Shown piece after piece: positions 32,788 to 45,774 of a stretch of DNA of 64,000 bases; positions within the stretch are counted from its first letter, which is position 1, and each line of letters starts with the position of its first letter. The position numbers and the translations under genes were made by a program. This stretch comes from Nitrospirota bacterium (GTDB lineage Bacteria; Nitrospirota; UBA9217), in contig CAVTRN010000002.1 in NCBI GenBank assembly GCA_963737155.1, positions 1,568,001-1,632,000 on the forward strand. The letters run 5' to 3'. The notes beneath the pieces were generated by a model that had not been told where the DNA came from, did no database searches, and was given only the letters and a program-made list of their open reading frames with translations.

Positions 32788-35700
32788 GTTGGATCAAGGA
32801 CATTGTTGACCCCAAGGCGCGGAGTTGGGAAGAAATGTACCGGAACCGCTGGGAGTACGATAAGCGCGTACGCAGCACCCATGGCGTGAACTGCACGGGC
32901 GGCTGTTCCTGGGAAGTTTACGTGAAAGATGGGATCGTGACATGGGAGATGCAAGCTACCGATTACCCGCTCCTTGAACCCGGCCTCCCGCACTACGATC
33001 CGCGCGGCTGTCAGCGCGGGATCACCTTTTCCTGGTATGTCTACAGCCCTTTGCGGGTGAAGTATCCCTATATCCGAGGGGTCCTCGTAGATCTGTGGCG
33101 AAAGGCCCGAGCTGTTCATGCAGATCCTGTTGCGGCCTGGACTGCCGTTGTAGAGAATGAAGTTAGCAGGAAAAGCTACCAGCAGGCGAGGGGCAAAGGG
33201 GGACTGCGCCGGAGCACTTGGGACGAGGTCCTCGAGATCATTGCTGCATCCACGATTTATACGGCGAAAAAATACGGGCCCGACCGGGTCATCGGATTTT
33301 CTCCCATCCCCGCCATGTCCATGCTGAGCTATGCTGCGGGTACAAGGTTTCTCCAGCTCTTCGGCGGCGTGGCCCTGAGCTTCTACGATTGGTATGCCGA
33401 TTTCCCTCCCGCATCTCCCGAAGTGTGGGGCGAGAAAACGGACGTGGCCGAGAGCGCGGACTGGTACAACAGCAAATTTATCGTCACCATGGGTGCTAAC
33501 CTCAACATGACCCGAACGCCTGACGTGCATTTCGTTGCCGAAGCAAGAAACAACGGGACCAAGCTCACCGTGTGCTCGCCGGACTTCAGTCAGATCGCGA
33601 AATACGCCGACTGGTGGCTCCCGATCAACGCGGGCCAAGACGGCGCTTTCTGGATGGCGGTCAATCACGTGATCCTGAAGGAATTTCACGTTGACCACGA
33701 AGTGCCCTATTTTACCGATTATCTCAAGCGTTTCAACGACGCCCCCTTTCTGGTCGAGCTGGAAAAACACCAGGGGTCATACCGGGCAGGGAGGTTCCTG
33801 CGCGCCAATGCCGTAAGTTCTTACCATGACGCAGAACATGGCGATTGGAAGTTTCTCGTCTTCGACAGGAAATCAGACGAACCGCGCATGCCCCAAGGGA
33901 GCATGGGGTTCCGGTGGCAGGAGCGAAAGGGCCAGTGGAACCTCGAGATGAAGGATGGATCGGATGGATGCGCCATCGATCCACTCCTTACACTCCTCGA
34001 TACGCGCGACGGCGCGCTCCCGATGGTCTTTACGGAATTCGCAAGCAAAAGAAACTTCTCCCGGCAAGTGCCGGTACGGCATGTGCAGACGGACAAGGGA
34101 AGAACAGCTGTTACCACGGTCTTCGATCTTTTGATGGCGCAGCATGGAATCGGCCGCGGACTGGAAGGAGAATATCCGAAGAGCTATGACGATCAAGATG
34201 CGCCGTATACACCGGCCTGGCAGGAGCAGTATACCGGCATCGGCAGGGATACGGTGGTCCGCTTTGCCCGTGAATGGGCGCAGACCGCAGAGAAGACGAA
34301 GGGCAAGTGCATGGTCATTGTTGGCTCGGGTATCAACCACTGGTACCATGCGAACATTACTTACCGGACCGCGATCACGTCGCTCATCCTCTGCGGATGT
34401 GTTGGCGTGAACGGCGGTGGCTTGAACCACTACACGGGACAGGAAAAGCTCGCGCCCGAGGCGTCGTGGAAGAGCCTCGCCTTTGCCCTTGACTGGACGC
34501 ACGCTCCCCGGCTGGTGAATGCGCCGTCCTTTCATTATGTGCACTGCGACCAGTGGCGCTATGACGATTCGCAGCATGAGGGTGAAGTCCTGGGACTCCG
34601 GCATCCCATGGACATGCAGGTCAATGCGGTACGTCAGGGCTGGCTGCCTTTTTCCCCCCAGTTCGACCGCAATCCTATTGAGTTAGTGCGTGAGGCCGAA
34701 CAAGCCGGTGCAAAGAGTGAGACTGAAATCATCGACTGGCTCGTAAAGCAGCTGAAGGAAAAGAAAGTCCGGTTCGCCGTGGAAGACCCGGACGCTCCAG
34801 AGAACTGGCCGCGCGTCTGGCATATCTGGAGGGGTAATGCGCTCCTGACGAGTGCTAAGGGGCACGAATATTTTCTCCGCCATTATCTCGGCACGGACTC
34901 GAATGCGGTTGCCGATGAAGCAGGGAACGATACGACGAGCGAAGTAAAACGGGACTGTCCGGCCCCGACAGGAAAACTCGATCTCGTCGTGGACATCAAC
35001 TTTCGCATGGATTCCTCGGCCCTGTACTCGGACATCATTCTTCCGACTGCGACGTGGTATGAAAAGGACGATCTCAACACGACCGATCTCCACTCGTTTA
35101 TCCATCCTTTGTCCGAAGCGGTCCCCCCATGCTGGGAATCGAAGACCGACTGGGACATTTTCAAGGCTGTGGCGGAAAAGGTGAGTGAACTCGCACCAAT
35201 TCATTTTCCCGAACCCTTTCGGGATATCGTAGCTGTTCCGCTCGCGCATGATACGCCACAGGAAATATCCCAGCCCGAAGTCAAAGACTGGTATCGCAAT
35301 GAGTGCGAGCCGATACCGGGAAAGACCATGCCGCAATTTATTGTAGTCGAGCGCGATTATGTGAATCTCCACAACCGGTTCATCTCCTATGGACACCTTG
35401 AGCGGGACGAAGGTATGGCTGAACGGGGCATCCGGTGGGACATCAAGGACCTCTACGACGATTTCACGAAGGCAGCGCCGACAATCACCTGGAACGGAGA
35501 ACAATATCTTTCCCTTGCAAGCGCCCGGGAAGCGGCGAACGTGCTTCTTCATTTTGCGCCGGAGACGAATGGAGAGATCGCTTACCGCGGCTTCAAGGCG
35601 CTTGAGAAATCGGTCGGACTACCGCTTGCCGACCTTGCGGAAAACAATCGCGCTGTCCGGCGGAGTTTTGACGACTTGGTGGCCCAGCCCCGGAGAATAC

Positions 35701-36383
35701 TCACGAGCCCGGTCTGGACGGGCATCACGAATGAAGGGAGAGCTTATGCCTCTTTCTGTCTTAACGTTGAGCGTCTCGTGCCGTGGCGCACGCTTACGGG
35801 ACGGCAGCATTTTTATGTTGACCATGAGGGATACATCGACTTTGGTGAAAACCTTCCGGCTTTTAAATCGAAGATCGGACTTCAGGACACGCGCGATCTT
35901 ATAAAGAGCGCTCCATCGGATAAGGCCCTGGTCCTCAATTGCATCACGCCCCACGGGAAATGGCACATTCACAGTACCTATGCCGACAACCTGATCATGC
36001 TCACGCTCTCGCGCGGGGTTGAGCCCTTCTGGTTGAACCTCGAGGATGCAACGGAGATCGGAGTCAAGGACAATGACTGGATAGAGGTATACAACGATAA
36101 CGGTGTGATCGTGACCCGCGCGGCGGTAAGCGTTCGCGTACCTAGGGGAGTCGGAATCTTTTACCACGCTCCGGAGCGGACGATCTCGATCCCCAAATCT
36201 CCGACAAGAAACAACAAGCGCGGAGGCGGAACGAACAGTATCACGCGCATTCGGCTCAAACCCTCTCTCATGGTCGGCGCTTATGCGCAGCTTTCCTTTG
36301 CCTTCAATGCCTGGGGGCCTCCGGCCGGGGACCGGGACACGTACACAATCGTGCGCAAGCTGGAAGGGAAACCGGTATTTTAA
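32784..36383 (+). CDS. narG: respiratory nitrate reductase (or nitrite oxidoreductase) alpha subunit
   Basis: [37 protein letters not shown]; no Tat signal. Confidence 0.95.
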   Translation: MSWIKDIVDPKARSWEEMYRNRWEYDKRVRSTHGVNCTGGCSWEVYVKDGIVTWEMQATDYPLLEPGLPHYDPRGCQRGITFSWYVYSPLRVKYPYIRGVLVDLWRKARAVHADPVAAWTAVVENEVSRKSYQQARGKGGLRRSTWDEVLEIIAASTIYTAKKYGPDRVIGFSPIPAMSMLSYAAGTRFLQLFGGVALSFYDWYADFPPASPEVWGEKTDVAESADWYNSKFIVTMGANLNMTRTPDVHFVAEARNNGTKLTVCSPDFSQIAKYADWWLPINAGQDGAFWMAVNHVILKEFHVDHEVPYFTDYLKRFNDAPFLVELEKHQGSYRAGRFLRANAVSSYHDAEHGDWKFLVFDRKSDEPRMPQGSMGFRWQERKGQWNLEMKDGSDGCAIDPLLTLLDTRDGALPMVFTEFASKRNFSRQVPVRHVQTDKGRTAVTTVFDLLMAQHGIGRGLEGEYPKSYDDQDAPYTPAWQEQYTGIGRDTVVRFAREWAQTAEKTKGKCMVIVGSGINHWYHANITYRTAITSLILCGCVGVNGGGLNHYTGQEKLAPEASWKSLAFALDWTHAPRLVNAPSFHYVHCDQWRYDDSQHEGEVLGLRHPMDMQVNAVRQGWLPFSPQFDRNPIELVREAEQAGAKSETEIIDWLVKQLKEKKVRFAVEDPDAPENWPRVWHIWRGNALLTSAKGHEYFLRHYLGTDSNAVADEAGNDTTSEVKRDCPAPTGKLDLVVDINFRMDSSALYSDIILPTATWYEKDDLNTTDLHSFIHPLSEAVPPCWESKTDWDIFKAVAEKVSELAPIHFPEPFRDIVAVPLAHDTPQEISQPEVKDWYRNECEPIPGKTMPQFIVVERDYVNLHNRFISYGHLERDEGMAERGIRWDIKDLYDDFTKAAPTITWNGEQYLSLASAREAANVLLHFAPETNGEIAYRGFKALEKSVGLPLADLAENNRAVRRSFDDLVAQPRRILTSPVWTGITNEGRAYASFCLNVERLVPWRTLTGRQHFYVDHEGYIDFGENLPAFKSKIGLQDTRDLIKSAPSDKALVLNCITPHGKWHIHSTYADNLIMLTLSRGVEPFWLNLEDATEIGVKDNDWIEVYNDNGVIVTRAAVSVRVPRGVGIFYHAPERTISIPKSPTRNNKRGGGTNSITRIRLKPSLMVGAYAQLSFAFNAWGPPAGDRDTYTIVRKLEGKPVF

Positions 36384-36428
36384 GAGCCAACAGCCTTTTC
36401 ACTAACAATGTCAGACAGGGAGTATCTT

Positions 36429-37916
36429 ATGAACATTCGTGCGCAGGTTTCAATGGTGTTTCACCTTGATAAATGCATTGGTTGTCACACCTGCAGCATC
36501 GCCTGCAAGAACATCTGGACGTCGCGCCGCGGAGCCGAATACATGTGGTGGAACAATGTGGAGACCAAGCCGGGAACGGGCTATCCCACGCTCTGGGAAG
36601 ACCAGGAAAAATACAGTGGCGGCTGGATTCGCGGAAAGGACAAGCCAAAACTCCGGCTCCAGGGCCGGGCAGCTGCGCTCGGCAACATTTTTTTTAATCC
36701 CCGCTTGCCGACTATGGATGACTATTACGAACCCTGGACCTATCGCTATGAAGAGCTGTTTAACGCGCCTCAGAGCAAAGATCAGCCCGTTGCCGCCCCT
36801 GTTTCACAGATGACGAATAAGCATATCGACATCGAGGCCGGCCCGAACTGGGACGACGACCTCGGGGGCTCGTCCATATACGCGGCGAACGATCCCAACT
36901 TCAAGGCCCTGACGGTCGAGGAGCGGAGGCAGGTCTTTGAGATTGAGCGCATGGTCATGTTCTATATGCCGCGCATCTGCAACCATTGCTTGAACCCCGG
37001 CTGCGTTGCAGCCTGTCCGTCGGGAGCTATCTACAAGCGGGGGGAGGACGGAATCGTGCTCGTGAGCCAGGAAAAATGCCGGGCTTGGCGCATGTGCATA
37101 TCCGGGTGCCCGTACAAGAAAACCTATTTCAACTGGAATGCGGGCAAGGCGGAAAAGTGCATCCTCTGCTATCCCCGACAGGAAACAGGCCAGGTGCCTG
37201 CGTGTTTCCATTCCTGCGTCGGCCGCATCCGCTATCTGGGGGTCGTGCTATATGACGCGGACCGGATCAGCGAGATGGCGAATTTGCCGGATAAAGACCT
37301 TGTTGAAGGCCAGCGGTTGCTGATCCTCGATCCTTTTGACAAAGAGGTCGTCAGAAAAGCGAAAGCGGACGGCATTCCTGACGCAGTGCTTGAAACGGCC
37401 CAAAAATCGCCGGTGTACTGGTTCGTGAAAAGATGGAAGCTGGCCCTGCCGCTCCATCCCGAGTTCCGGACCCTGCCCATGCTTTTTTACGTACCTTCGT
37501 TTACGCCGGTCATGGCTTCAGTCGCCAACGGGCTCTATGAGCTCAAGGAATCCCTCTTCGGCTCATACAACAGTTCCCGCGTATCGACCCGCTATCTTGC
37601 CTCGCTCTTTACTGCCGGAGACGAGGACGAGATCGTTCTCGTGAACAGGAAGCTCCTGGCTGTACGCATGTACAAACGGGCGGCGACTGTCAAAGACCTG
37701 GAACAAAATGAAGTGAAGAGAATCCTCGATGAGGCGCGGACAACGCCCGAAGAGGCGGAGGCGATCTATCAGCTGACTTCCCTGCCGTCTTTCAACGACC
37801 GGTTCGTGATACCGCCTTTCCTGCGCGAGCAGGCTGTTGAGTCTGTGCAGAAGCCTCAATCGCACAAGGAAGAGTCGGGCTTCGGATTCATACGTCCTCC
37901 GAAGCGCGGGTGGTAG
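36429..37916 (+). CDS. narH: nitrate reductase beta subunit
   Basis: LDKCIGCHTCSIACK, ICNHCLNPGCVAACPS, CRAWRMCISGCPY, KCILCYPR. Confidence 0.95.
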   Translation: MNIRAQVSMVFHLDKCIGCHTCSIACKNIWTSRRGAEYMWWNNVETKPGTGYPTLWEDQEKYSGGWIRGKDKPKLRLQGRAAALGNIFFNPRLPTMDDYYEPWTYRYEELFNAPQSKDQPVAAPVSQMTNKHIDIEAGPNWDDDLGGSSIYAANDPNFKALTVEERRQVFEIERMVMFYMPRICNHCLNPGCVAACPSGAIYKRGEDGIVLVSQEKCRAWRMCISGCPYKKTYFNWNAGKAEKCILCYPRQETGQVPACFHSCVGRIRYLGVVLYDADRISEMANLPDKDLVEGQRLLILDPFDKEVVRKAKADGIPDAVLETAQKSPVYWFVKRWKLALPLHPEFRTLPMLFYVPSFTPVMASVANGLYELKESLFGSYNSSRVSTRYLASLFTAGDEDEIVLVNRKLLAVRMYKRAATVKDLEQNEVKRILDEARTTPEEAEAIYQLTSLPSFNDRFVIPPFLREQAVESVQKPQSHKEESGFGFIRPPKRGW

Positions 37917-37919
37917 CTC

Positions 37920-38450
37920 ATGATGATGCAAATGAACAAGAATATATACAATTTGCTCGCCAAGGTCCTTGAATATCCCACTTCCGAGATTGCGGTTCAG
38001 GCTGAGACGTGCAGCAGCAGCCTTGGCATCGTTGGCAGCCAGGCGCAGAGGTACTTTTACGGGTTCAAAGAATTCTGCCGGAAAAATCCGATCAGCCGGC
38101 TCGAGGAACTGTACACCGACACCTTCGATCTTCAGGCCATCTGCTGCCCCTATGTGGGCTTTCATCTCTTCGGCGAGAACCGAGGTCGGGGCATGTTCAT
38201 GGTCAGGTTGAAGGAGCATTACCGCAAGGAAGGCTATCCTGCGAACGGAGAGCTTCCTGACCATATCAGCGTCATGCTCATGTACCTTTCGATTGCGGTT
38301 CGGAGCGACGAGACACGAGAGCTTGTAAACTTTTGCCTTATCCCTGCAGTGAAAAAAATGATTCCTTTGTTCAAGAGCAGCGAAAACGTCTACCAAGGGG
38401 TCCTGCAGGCAGCGCTCAGAGCGCTCGAAACGGAAAGTGATAGGTCATAG
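37920..38450 (+). CDS. narJ: nitrate reductase molybdenum cofactor assembly chaperone
   Basis: LEELYTDTFD, RGMFMVRLKEHY, ELPDHISVML. Confidence 0.88.
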   Translation: MMMQMNKNIYNLLAKVLEYPTSEIAVQAETCSSSLGIVGSQAQRYFYGFKEFCRKNPISRLEELYTDTFDLQAICCPYVGFHLFGENRGRGMFMVRLKEHYRKEGYPANGELPDHISVMLMYLSIAVRSDETRELVNFCLIPAVKKMIPLFKSSENVYQGVLQAALRALETESDRS

Positions 38451-38454
38451 CGGC

Positions 38455-39033
38455 ATGTCTGTGATGGAAGAATGCAGGCTCGAGTTCGAAAAACCGCTCG
38501 CAGAGTCCGTTCAAAGTTACGGGCACTTGTGCCCCGGACAGGTACTCGGAGTGAAGATGTCCCTTCGGGGCCTGCGCGATCGGCATTCAGGACCCAAAGT
38601 GCAGACAGCGGAAAGATTTCCTTGTCATCGTGGAAATGGACCGCTGCGTGCTCAACGCGGTGCAGTCCGTGACCGGCTGCAGCCCAGGCCGAAGAACGCT
38701 AAGGCTCATGGATTACGGCAAAATGGCAACGACCTTTGTGGACCTGAAAACGGGGCGGTCCGTTCCCGGGAACGGGCAAAAGGCTACTCGCTGGACATCG
38801 ATGACGTTTATGCTGCCCAGTGCGAAGCATACAAGGTCATGTCCGATGTAGAGCTGTTCGAAGTTACGAACGTCGAGGTTTTGCTGAGGGCCGAAGACAT
38901 GCAGGACAGGCCGCTCAGGCGCATCCGCTGCGACATCTGCGGAGAACTGGTACAGGACATGCGCGGGATCTACCGTGGGAGACAGGTGCTGTGCAAGCCC
39001 TGCGCAAATGGTGGGTATTACTTCACGAAGTGA
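38455..39033 (+). pseudogene. FmdE-family protein with C-terminal zinc finger; internal segment out of frame
   Basis: YGHLCPGQVLGVKM and CDICGE...CKPC in one frame; EMDRC..AVQSVTGCS.GRRTL..DYGKMA in another frame (38630 ORF). Confidence 0.75.
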
Positions 39034-39115
39034 TACCTGGAAATTGCGCGCAGGAAGAGGTCGTGGACGCGCGGGCTGTGGACGTCACTGGGTTTTAGAA
39101 GGGAAGGGGTCATTC

Positions 39116-39841
39116 ATGTCAGAGAGCATTTACTTCATAGTCTTTCCTTATATATCCGTTGTCCTTGCCGTCGGTGTCGGTCTATATCGCTATTTCACGA
39201 ACCGGTTCTCCTATTCGAGCATGTCCTCGCAGTTACTGGAAAACCGCGCGCTCTTCTGGGGATCGGTCTCATGGCATTACGGTATCGTGTTCATCCTCCT
39301 GGCACACGTGCAAGCAACCGTTTTTCCCCGTTCATGGGCCTCGCTGCACGCCAATCCATACAGTATGTTCGTTCTGGGTTTGATCGCACTGACTATGGGC
39401 GCATTCGCAACGATCGGGCTCATCATCCTCATTCTTCGCAGGATCATCGATCCGAAGGCGCGGGTCGTCACCACAGTCATGGACTGGATACTGCTCACGG
39501 ACCTCCTGCTCCAGATCACCGCAGGCCTTTACATCTCGCTGTTCTACCGTTGGGGATCCCTGTGGTATGTATATACTGCCACGCCCTGGCTCGCTTCACT
39601 CGCGACCCTCTCGCCAAGGATAGACCTCATCACTCCCTTACCGTGGATTGTACAATTCCACATGGTGAATGCTTTCGTGGTTATCGGCCTTTTTCCCTTC
39701 ACCCGGCTTGTGCATATTTTTACCGTGCCGCTTTCCTATTTGTGGAGACCGTATCAAGTGGCGATCTGGAACAATGATCGTGCGAGCATGAAAGATGAGA
39801 TGAAAATCGAAACGAAAGGTAATAATCGTGAAGTGGGTTGA
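39116..39841 (+). CDS. narI: nitrate reductase gamma subunit (cytochrome b)
   Basis: SSQLLE, haem His ligands WHYGI..LAHV and QFHMV..RLVHIF, YLWRPYQ. Confidence 0.93.
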   Translation: MSESIYFIVFPYISVVLAVGVGLYRYFTNRFSYSSMSSQLLENRALFWGSVSWHYGIVFILLAHVQATVFPRSWASLHANPYSMFVLGLIALTMGAFATIGLIILILRRIIDPKARVVTTVMDWILLTDLLLQITAGLYISLFYRWGSLWYVYTATPWLASLATLSPRIDLITPLPWIVQFHMVNAFVVIGLFPFTRLVHIFTVPLSYLWRPYQVAIWNNDRASMKDEMKIETKGNNREVG

Positions 39842-39965
39842 GGGTTGGTACATCTCATATGCATTACTCGGATTTGCCTCAGTCGGGCTGATGCTAATCT
39901 TATTGCCGCTTCTCGTTGGACGAACGAGCGGAGTCGTAAATAACCTCCATTATTTGCGGATATAA
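39828..39965 (+). pseudogene. possible MFS transporter N-terminal remnant
   Basis: VKWVEGWYISYALLGFASVGLMLILLPLLV, a single TM segment overlapping the narI end. Confidence 0.35.
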
Positions 39966-40180
39966 TTTAAACTAAGAGTGGAGAAAAAAGCCGCCGTACA
40001 AGACAAAAACAGAAAATCCATCGCTTGGCGCCTTCTTACGTGGCGGGAGTGAAAAAAAGATGCAATTTATGTACACATTTATTGTGGGGGACATAGGTGC
40101 CCTTAATGCTGTTAATGTGTATGCGGTTGAATGCTGATACTGCATGCAAAGGGTCAGATTTAAGATGACGAGAGGTGAAA

Positions 40181-41200
40181 ATGAAGATTGGGATGATAGG
40201 ACTAGGGCGAATGGGCGCAAATATGGTAAGGCGATTCATGAAAGGGGGGTATCAGTGCGTCGCGTATGACCTGAACCCCGACGCCGTGCGGGCACTCGAA
40301 CGCGAAGGCGCCGCAGGGGCCAAATCTATCGAAGAGTTCGTCTCCAGCCTTGTGAAGCCGCGGGTAGTCTGGTTGATGGTGCCAGCCGGCGTCGTAGATT
40401 CGATGATCAACACCATCATGCCACTTCTGGAGCACGACGACGTAGTGATCGACGGCGGCAACTCTTACTACCGAGATGACATTCGGCGGGCCGAAGAGCT
40501 GAAGAAACGGGGTATCCATTACGTGGACGTCGGAACGAGTGGCGGTGTCTGGGGATCGGAGAGAGGATATTGTTTGATGATCGGAGGAGAGAAGCAGACC
40601 GTAGAGAGTCTCGATCCGATATTTGCCACTTTGGCTCCCGGCCTCGGTGAAGCGCCACGCACGCCGGGCCGTGAAAATAACGTAGGCACAGCAGAGCGCG
40701 GATATCTCCACTGTGGCCCCAGTGGGGCTGGCCACTTCGTCAAAATGGTGCACAATGGGATCGAATACGGATTGATGGCTGCCTACGCCGAAGGTTTGAA
40801 TATCCTCCGGCACGCCAATATCGGAAAGCAGGGCCGGGAAAAGGATGCTGAGACGACGCCGCTCCGCAATCCAGAATACTATCAATATGATTTGAATCTT
40901 ACAGACATTACCGAACTGTGGCGGCGAGGCAGCGTTATTTCTTCATGGCTTCTCGACCTTAGTGCGATGGCGCTCCTGAATAGTCCCGAACTGAACGATT
41001 TCAAGGGTCGGGTGTCGGATTCGGGAGAGGGGCGTTGGACGATAATGGCTTCCATCGATGAGGGCGTTCCGGCTTACGTGCTCAGCGCTGCGCTTTATGA
41101 GCGTTTCAGTTCGCGGGGTGATGCTGACTTCTCCGACCGGCTGTTGTCCGCGATGCGGTATGAGTTCGGAGGACACGTGGAACGGGCTGCCAAAGGTTGA
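40181..41200 (+). CDS. gnd: 6-phosphogluconate dehydrogenase (decarboxylating, short type)
   Basis: [45 protein letters not shown]. Confidence 0.93.
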   Translation: MKIGMIGLGRMGANMVRRFMKGGYQCVAYDLNPDAVRALEREGAAGAKSIEEFVSSLVKPRVVWLMVPAGVVDSMINTIMPLLEHDDVVIDGGNSYYRDDIRRAEELKKRGIHYVDVGTSGGVWGSERGYCLMIGGEKQTVESLDPIFATLAPGLGEAPRTPGRENNVGTAERGYLHCGPSGAGHFVKMVHNGIEYGLMAAYAEGLNILRHANIGKQGREKDAETTPLRNPEYYQYDLNLTDITELWRRGSVISSWLLDLSAMALLNSPELNDFKGRVSDSGEGRWTIMASIDEGVPAYVLSAALYERFSSRGDADFSDRLLSAMRYEFGGHVERAAKG

Positions 41201-41331
41201 TTATTTATCCGGGGAAGGGAAATTAACAGGGAAAAGCGATGACGCTTTGGCCTGGAAAGCCCATCATTCAATACCTGGGTATCTCTTCATCAACTTAGCG
41301 AGTGCAACAGGGAAATCAGGGAGGGAAGACA

Positions 41332-43176
41332 ATGGTTAACGAAGAATTGACGGGCAAGGTGAAGGAATTAGCCACTCTGATTCGTTACTATATTCTTATC
41401 ATGACCACAGAGGCCGGTTCAGGCCATCCAACCTCGTCACTCTCAGCCACAGAGTTGATGGCCTGCCTTTTTTTTGGCGGCATTTTCAGATTCGATGCAG
41501 ACCATCCCAAATTCAACAATAATGACCGCTTAATATTTTCTAAGGGTCATGCATCCCCACTCCTCTATGCACTATGGGCTGCTGCCGGGAAGCTGACGGA
41601 AAAGGACCTGATGACCTACAGAAAATTTGGTAGTCCTCTGGAAGGACATCCGAGCATTGTCTTTCCCTATGTTGAAGCCGCAACAGGCTCTCTCGGGCAG
41701 GGTCTTTCCATCGGCGTGGGAATGGCTTTGAATGCAAAGTACCTAGATCAGCTCCCCTATAGGACCTATGTCCTCCTTGGGGACAGCGAAATGGCCGAAG
41801 GCTCCCAGTGGGAATCCATGCAGATTGCAGCCCATTACAAGTTAAACAACCTTGTCGGCATTCTCGATGTGAATCGGTTGGGGCAGCGTGGAGAAACAAT
41901 GTACGGCTGGGACCTCGATGCTTACCAAAAAAGGATTTCCTCTTTCGGATGGAAAACGATGCTCTTCGACGGTCATTCCATCTCCGAAGTGCTCACTGCG
42001 TACGAAGAAGCACTTCACGCCGACGATCAGCCGGTAATGTTGATCGGGAAAACGATTAAAGGGAAAGGAGTCTCTTTCATTGAGAACAAAAATGGCTGGC
42101 ATGGAAAAACCCTTACCAGAGAGGAATGTGACCGGGCGCTCAAGGAATTAGGAGAGATTGATAAATCAGTTCGAGGAAAAATATCCCTTCCAAAGGATCT
42201 GAAACAAAAAGAAAAGCCTGCCAAAAAGCCGTTTAAAAAAGTCGATTATCCGGTGGATAAGCCTGTTGCCACCCGGAAGGCCTATGGTAATGCACTGGTG
42301 AGAATTTATCCACAATTTCCCGATATGGTAAGCTTGGACGGTGAGGTGAGCAATTCAACCTATGCGGCGATATTCAAAGAGGCTTACCCGGAACGATTTT
42401 TTGAGATGTACATTGCCGAACAGAATATGATAGGAGCGGCACTAGGACTGTCTTGCCGGGGCAAAATTCCTTTCGTCTCCACGTTTGCATCATTTTTTTC
42501 ACGGGCTTTCGATCAAATCAGGATGAGCCAGTACTCTGATCCGAACATCAAATTTGTCGGATCGCATGCAGGGGTGTCGATTGGGGAAGATGGGCCTTCT
42601 CAGATGGGTCTCGAAGACATTGCCATGTTCAGAACGATTTCAAATAGTGTTGTCTTCTATCCATCGGATGCGGTATCTGCTGAAAAGTTAATCGAAGAAT
42701 CGGCAAAGCATTATGGCATTGTTTACATTCGTACCACAAGAAAAGAGACTCCTATCCTCTATAATCAGGAAGAGCAGTTTAAAGTTGGGGGAAGTAAAGT
42801 TTTAAGAAAGAGCGAGAAAGACAGTGTCACCGTTATCGCGGCAGGCATTACGCTTCACGAAGCACTGGATGCTTATGAGGTATTAAAAAAAGAAGGGGTT
42901 TACATCCGTGTTATCGATCTTTACAGCGTAAAACCGATTGATGAGACAACCCTGCGCGAGGCTGCAAGCGCTACTAAGTTGATCATCACTGTGGAAGATC
43001 ATTATGCCGAAGGAGGGCTTGGAGAAGCCGTGAAAAGTGCCATGGTCTCTTATCCCATCCCTGTCTATTCTTTATCAGTCAAAAGGAAACCGAAAAGCGG
43101 CAAACCCCAGGAACTCCTCGACTATGAGGAAATCTCTTGGACGGCCATTATTAAAAAGGTGAAAGAGCTTCTCTAA
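41332..43176 (+). CDS. tkt: transketolase
   Basis: [43 protein letters not shown]. Confidence 0.93.
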   Translation: MVNEELTGKVKELATLIRYYILIMTTEAGSGHPTSSLSATELMACLFFGGIFRFDADHPKFNNNDRLIFSKGHASPLLYALWAAAGKLTEKDLMTYRKFGSPLEGHPSIVFPYVEAATGSLGQGLSIGVGMALNAKYLDQLPYRTYVLLGDSEMAEGSQWESMQIAAHYKLNNLVGILDVNRLGQRGETMYGWDLDAYQKRISSFGWKTMLFDGHSISEVLTAYEEALHADDQPVMLIGKTIKGKGVSFIENKNGWHGKTLTREECDRALKELGEIDKSVRGKISLPKDLKQKEKPAKKPFKKVDYPVDKPVATRKAYGNALVRIYPQFPDMVSLDGEVSNSTYAAIFKEAYPERFFEMYIAEQNMIGAALGLSCRGKIPFVSTFASFFSRAFDQIRMSQYSDPNIKFVGSHAGVSIGEDGPSQMGLEDIAMFRTISNSVVFYPSDAVSAEKLIEESAKHYGIVYIRTTRKETPILYNQEEQFKVGGSKVLRKSEKDSVTVIAAGITLHEALDAYEVLKKEGVYIRVIDLYSVKPIDETTLREAASATKLIITVEDHYAEGGLGEAVKSAMVSYPIPVYSLSVKRKPKSGKPQELLDYEEISWTAIIKKVKELL

Positions 43177-43223
43177 GGTCAAAGGTTTCATCAAAAGATA
43201 GCGACGAAATATGGAGGTTGAAA

Positions 43224-44618
43224 ATGACAGCTCCCAATTCGGACGCGTTTGTATTCTTCGGCGCGACCGGTGACCTGGCGTATAAGCAGATATTTCCTGC
43301 ACTTCAGGCGATGATCCAGCACGGCCATCTCGACGTTCCTGTTATCGGTGTGTCGAAGTCAGGCTGGGATATCAAAAAATTTAAAGAACGCGCCAGGGAT
43401 AGTCTCAAAAAGCACGGCGGTGTGAATGCAAAGGCGTTTGTAAAGCTCTGCTCGCTGTTGAAATATATTGACGGCGATTATCATGACGACGCGACTTATG
43501 AGATGTTGCGCAAGGCGCTCAGAAATACCAAGCGGCCCCTGCACTACTTGGCAATCCCGCCAAGTATGTTCGCCACCGTGGTCGAAGGACTCGCGAGGTC
43601 GCGCTGCGCGCAAAACGCCCGCGTCGTTGTCGAGAAGCCGTTCGGGCGCGACCTCGCTTCGGCCCGAGAGTTGAACAAAATCATCACGTCGGTATTCCCC
43701 GAATCGGCGATCTTCCGGATAGACCATTTCCTCGGGAAGGAGGCGATTATGAATATCCTTTATTTTCGCTTCGCCAATTCGTTCCTGGAGCCGATCTGGA
43801 ACCGCAACTGCGTGGCCAGCGTCCAGATCACATTGTCCGAGGATTTCGGCGTGGAGGATCGCGGCGCGTTTTACGAAACTGCCGGCTGCCTGCGCGACGT
43901 CATTCAGAACCACCTTTTCCAGATCGTCGCGCTGCTTGCGATGGAACCGCCTGCCTATAGGGGCTATGAAGCCGTACAGAACGAGAAATGCAAGGTCTTT
44001 CAAGCCATGCGCCCTCTGAAGCCAGACGACCTGGTGCGCGGCCAGTATGCCGGCTACCGAAAGGAGCCGAGCGTGGCGAAGCGCTCCGACGTCGAGACTT
44101 TTTGCGCGCTGAGGCTTTTCATCGACTCGTGGCGCTGGGAGGGTGTACCGTGGTACTTGCGCTCCGGCAAGTTTCTGGCTGAAACGGCGGCCGAGGTCCT
44201 GGTGGAACTGAAGCCGCCGCCGCAGAGGTTGTTTGCCGACTCAGCGCCGACGACCGGGCGGGCTAACTATCTGCGCTTTCGGCTGTCTCCCAGCACCGCC
44301 ATCGCTATCGCCGCTCGCGTCATGCGCGCAGGAAAGGAGTTTATCGGCGACCAGCGAGAGCTCTACTTGGTTGAAGAACAATCGGGAGAGGAAGCGCCTT
44401 ATGAGCGGCTTTTAGGAGATGCCATGGCTGGCGACGGAGCGCTTTTTACCCGTGAAGACGCGGTTGAGGCCGCCTGGGCGGTGGTCGACCCGGTCCTTAA
44501 GACCCACCACCGGGCTCATCCCTATAAGCGGGGCAGCTGGGGACCGAAAGAGGCTGGTGCACTCATCGCGACAGATGGCGGCTGGCATAATCCAAAACCA
44601 GAGAAAGCGGCCGAATGA
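43224..44618 (+). CDS. zwf: glucose-6-phosphate 1-dehydrogenase
   Basis: [34 protein letters not shown]. Confidence 0.95.
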   Translation: MTAPNSDAFVFFGATGDLAYKQIFPALQAMIQHGHLDVPVIGVSKSGWDIKKFKERARDSLKKHGGVNAKAFVKLCSLLKYIDGDYHDDATYEMLRKALRNTKRPLHYLAIPPSMFATVVEGLARSRCAQNARVVVEKPFGRDLASARELNKIITSVFPESAIFRIDHFLGKEAIMNILYFRFANSFLEPIWNRNCVASVQITLSEDFGVEDRGAFYETAGCLRDVIQNHLFQIVALLAMEPPAYRGYEAVQNEKCKVFQAMRPLKPDDLVRGQYAGYRKEPSVAKRSDVETFCALRLFIDSWRWEGVPWYLRSGKFLAETAAEVLVELKPPPQRLFADSAPTTGRANYLRFRLSPSTAIAIAARVMRAGKEFIGDQRELYLVEEQSGEEAPYERLLGDAMAGDGALFTREDAVEAAWAVVDPVLKTHHRAHPYKRGSWGPKEAGALIATDGGWHNPKPEKAAE

Positions 44619-44664
44619 AATCACCTGGCACTGTTAAGCCCGACCAAGTGCAATAGGAGGAATC

Positions 44665-45774
44665 ATGAAAGCGACGAAACAACTGCATGATCTCGGTCAG
44701 AGCCTTTGGCTCGATAACATTACCCGCGGACTTCTAACAAAGGGTACTCTTCGCCGTTATATCGATGAACTTTCGGTGACGGGACTTACCTCTAACCCCA
44801 CGATCTATGACCATGCCGTTAAAAATACCGACTTCTACGACGAGGCCATCCGTCAAAAGGTGCGTGAGGGGAAGTCGGGGGAAGATCTATTTTTCGAACT
44901 TGCCTTGGAGGATCTGACCAAAGCTGCCGATCTCTTTCGGCCTATCTACGATGCAACTGATGGAGTTGACGGCTGGGTGTCCTTAGAGGTGTCACCGCTT
45001 CTTGCAAACGATAGGGCCAGCACGATTAAAGAAGCGATTGATCTTCACGGCAGAGCACAACGACCCAATCTCTTCATCAAAATTCCCGGCACCAGGGAAG
45101 GGGTTCCGGCAATTGAGGAGACGATCTTCAGGGGCGTGCCGATAAATGTTACGCTCTTGTTCTCACGGGAGCAGTACGTTGCCGCAGCCGAAGCATACAT
45201 GCGTGGAATCGAGCGGAGGATCGCAACCGGTCTCAGTCCGAAAGTCAGCTCAGTGGCATCGCTTTTCGTCAGCCGCTGGGACAAAGCGGTCGCGGAAAAG
45301 GTGCCAAAGGAGCTTCAGAACCGTCTCGGCATCGCCATTGCCAAACGGACCTACAAGGCCTACCGGGACCTGCTTGCCTCGCGTCGGTGGCGGAAACTTG
45401 ACGAAGCAGGAGCGCAGCCGCAGCGCCTCCTCTGGGCCAGCACCGGAACAAAAGACCCTAAGGCCTCAGATGTCTTTTACATCGAGGCTCTCGCGGCCCC
45501 GGACACCATCAACACGATCCCAACGGAGACATTGCTCGCCTTCTCCGATCACGGCAAAGTGGATAGCATGCTGCCGGTTGATGGCGGCGATGCTGAAGAG
45601 ATGCTCGCAGGATTCACGCAGGCAGGTGTGGACAATGCGGCGCTCGCCGTTGAGCTCCAGCGCGAGGGAACCTTATCTTTCGACAAATCATGGAACGAGC
45701 TGCTCGCTTCCATCTCGTCAAAGTACGACGTCCCCGGAAAAAAGACAACCCAAACAGGAGAAAAACGATTATGA
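44665..45774 (+). CDS. tal: transaldolase
   Basis: [43 protein letters not shown]. Confidence 0.93.
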   Translation: MKATKQLHDLGQSLWLDNITRGLLTKGTLRRYIDELSVTGLTSNPTIYDHAVKNTDFYDEAIRQKVREGKSGEDLFFELALEDLTKAADLFRPIYDATDGVDGWVSLEVSPLLANDRASTIKEAIDLHGRAQRPNLFIKIPGTREGVPAIEETIFRGVPINVTLLFSREQYVAAAEAYMRGIERRIATGLSPKVSSVASLFVSRWDKAVAEKVPKELQNRLGIAIAKRTYKAYRDLLASRRWRKLDEAGAQPQRLLWASTGTKDPKASDVFYIEALAAPDTINTIPTETLLAFSDHGKVDSMLPVDGGDAEEMLAGFTQAGVDNAALAVELQREGTLSFDKSWNELLASISSKYDVPGKKTTQTGEKRL

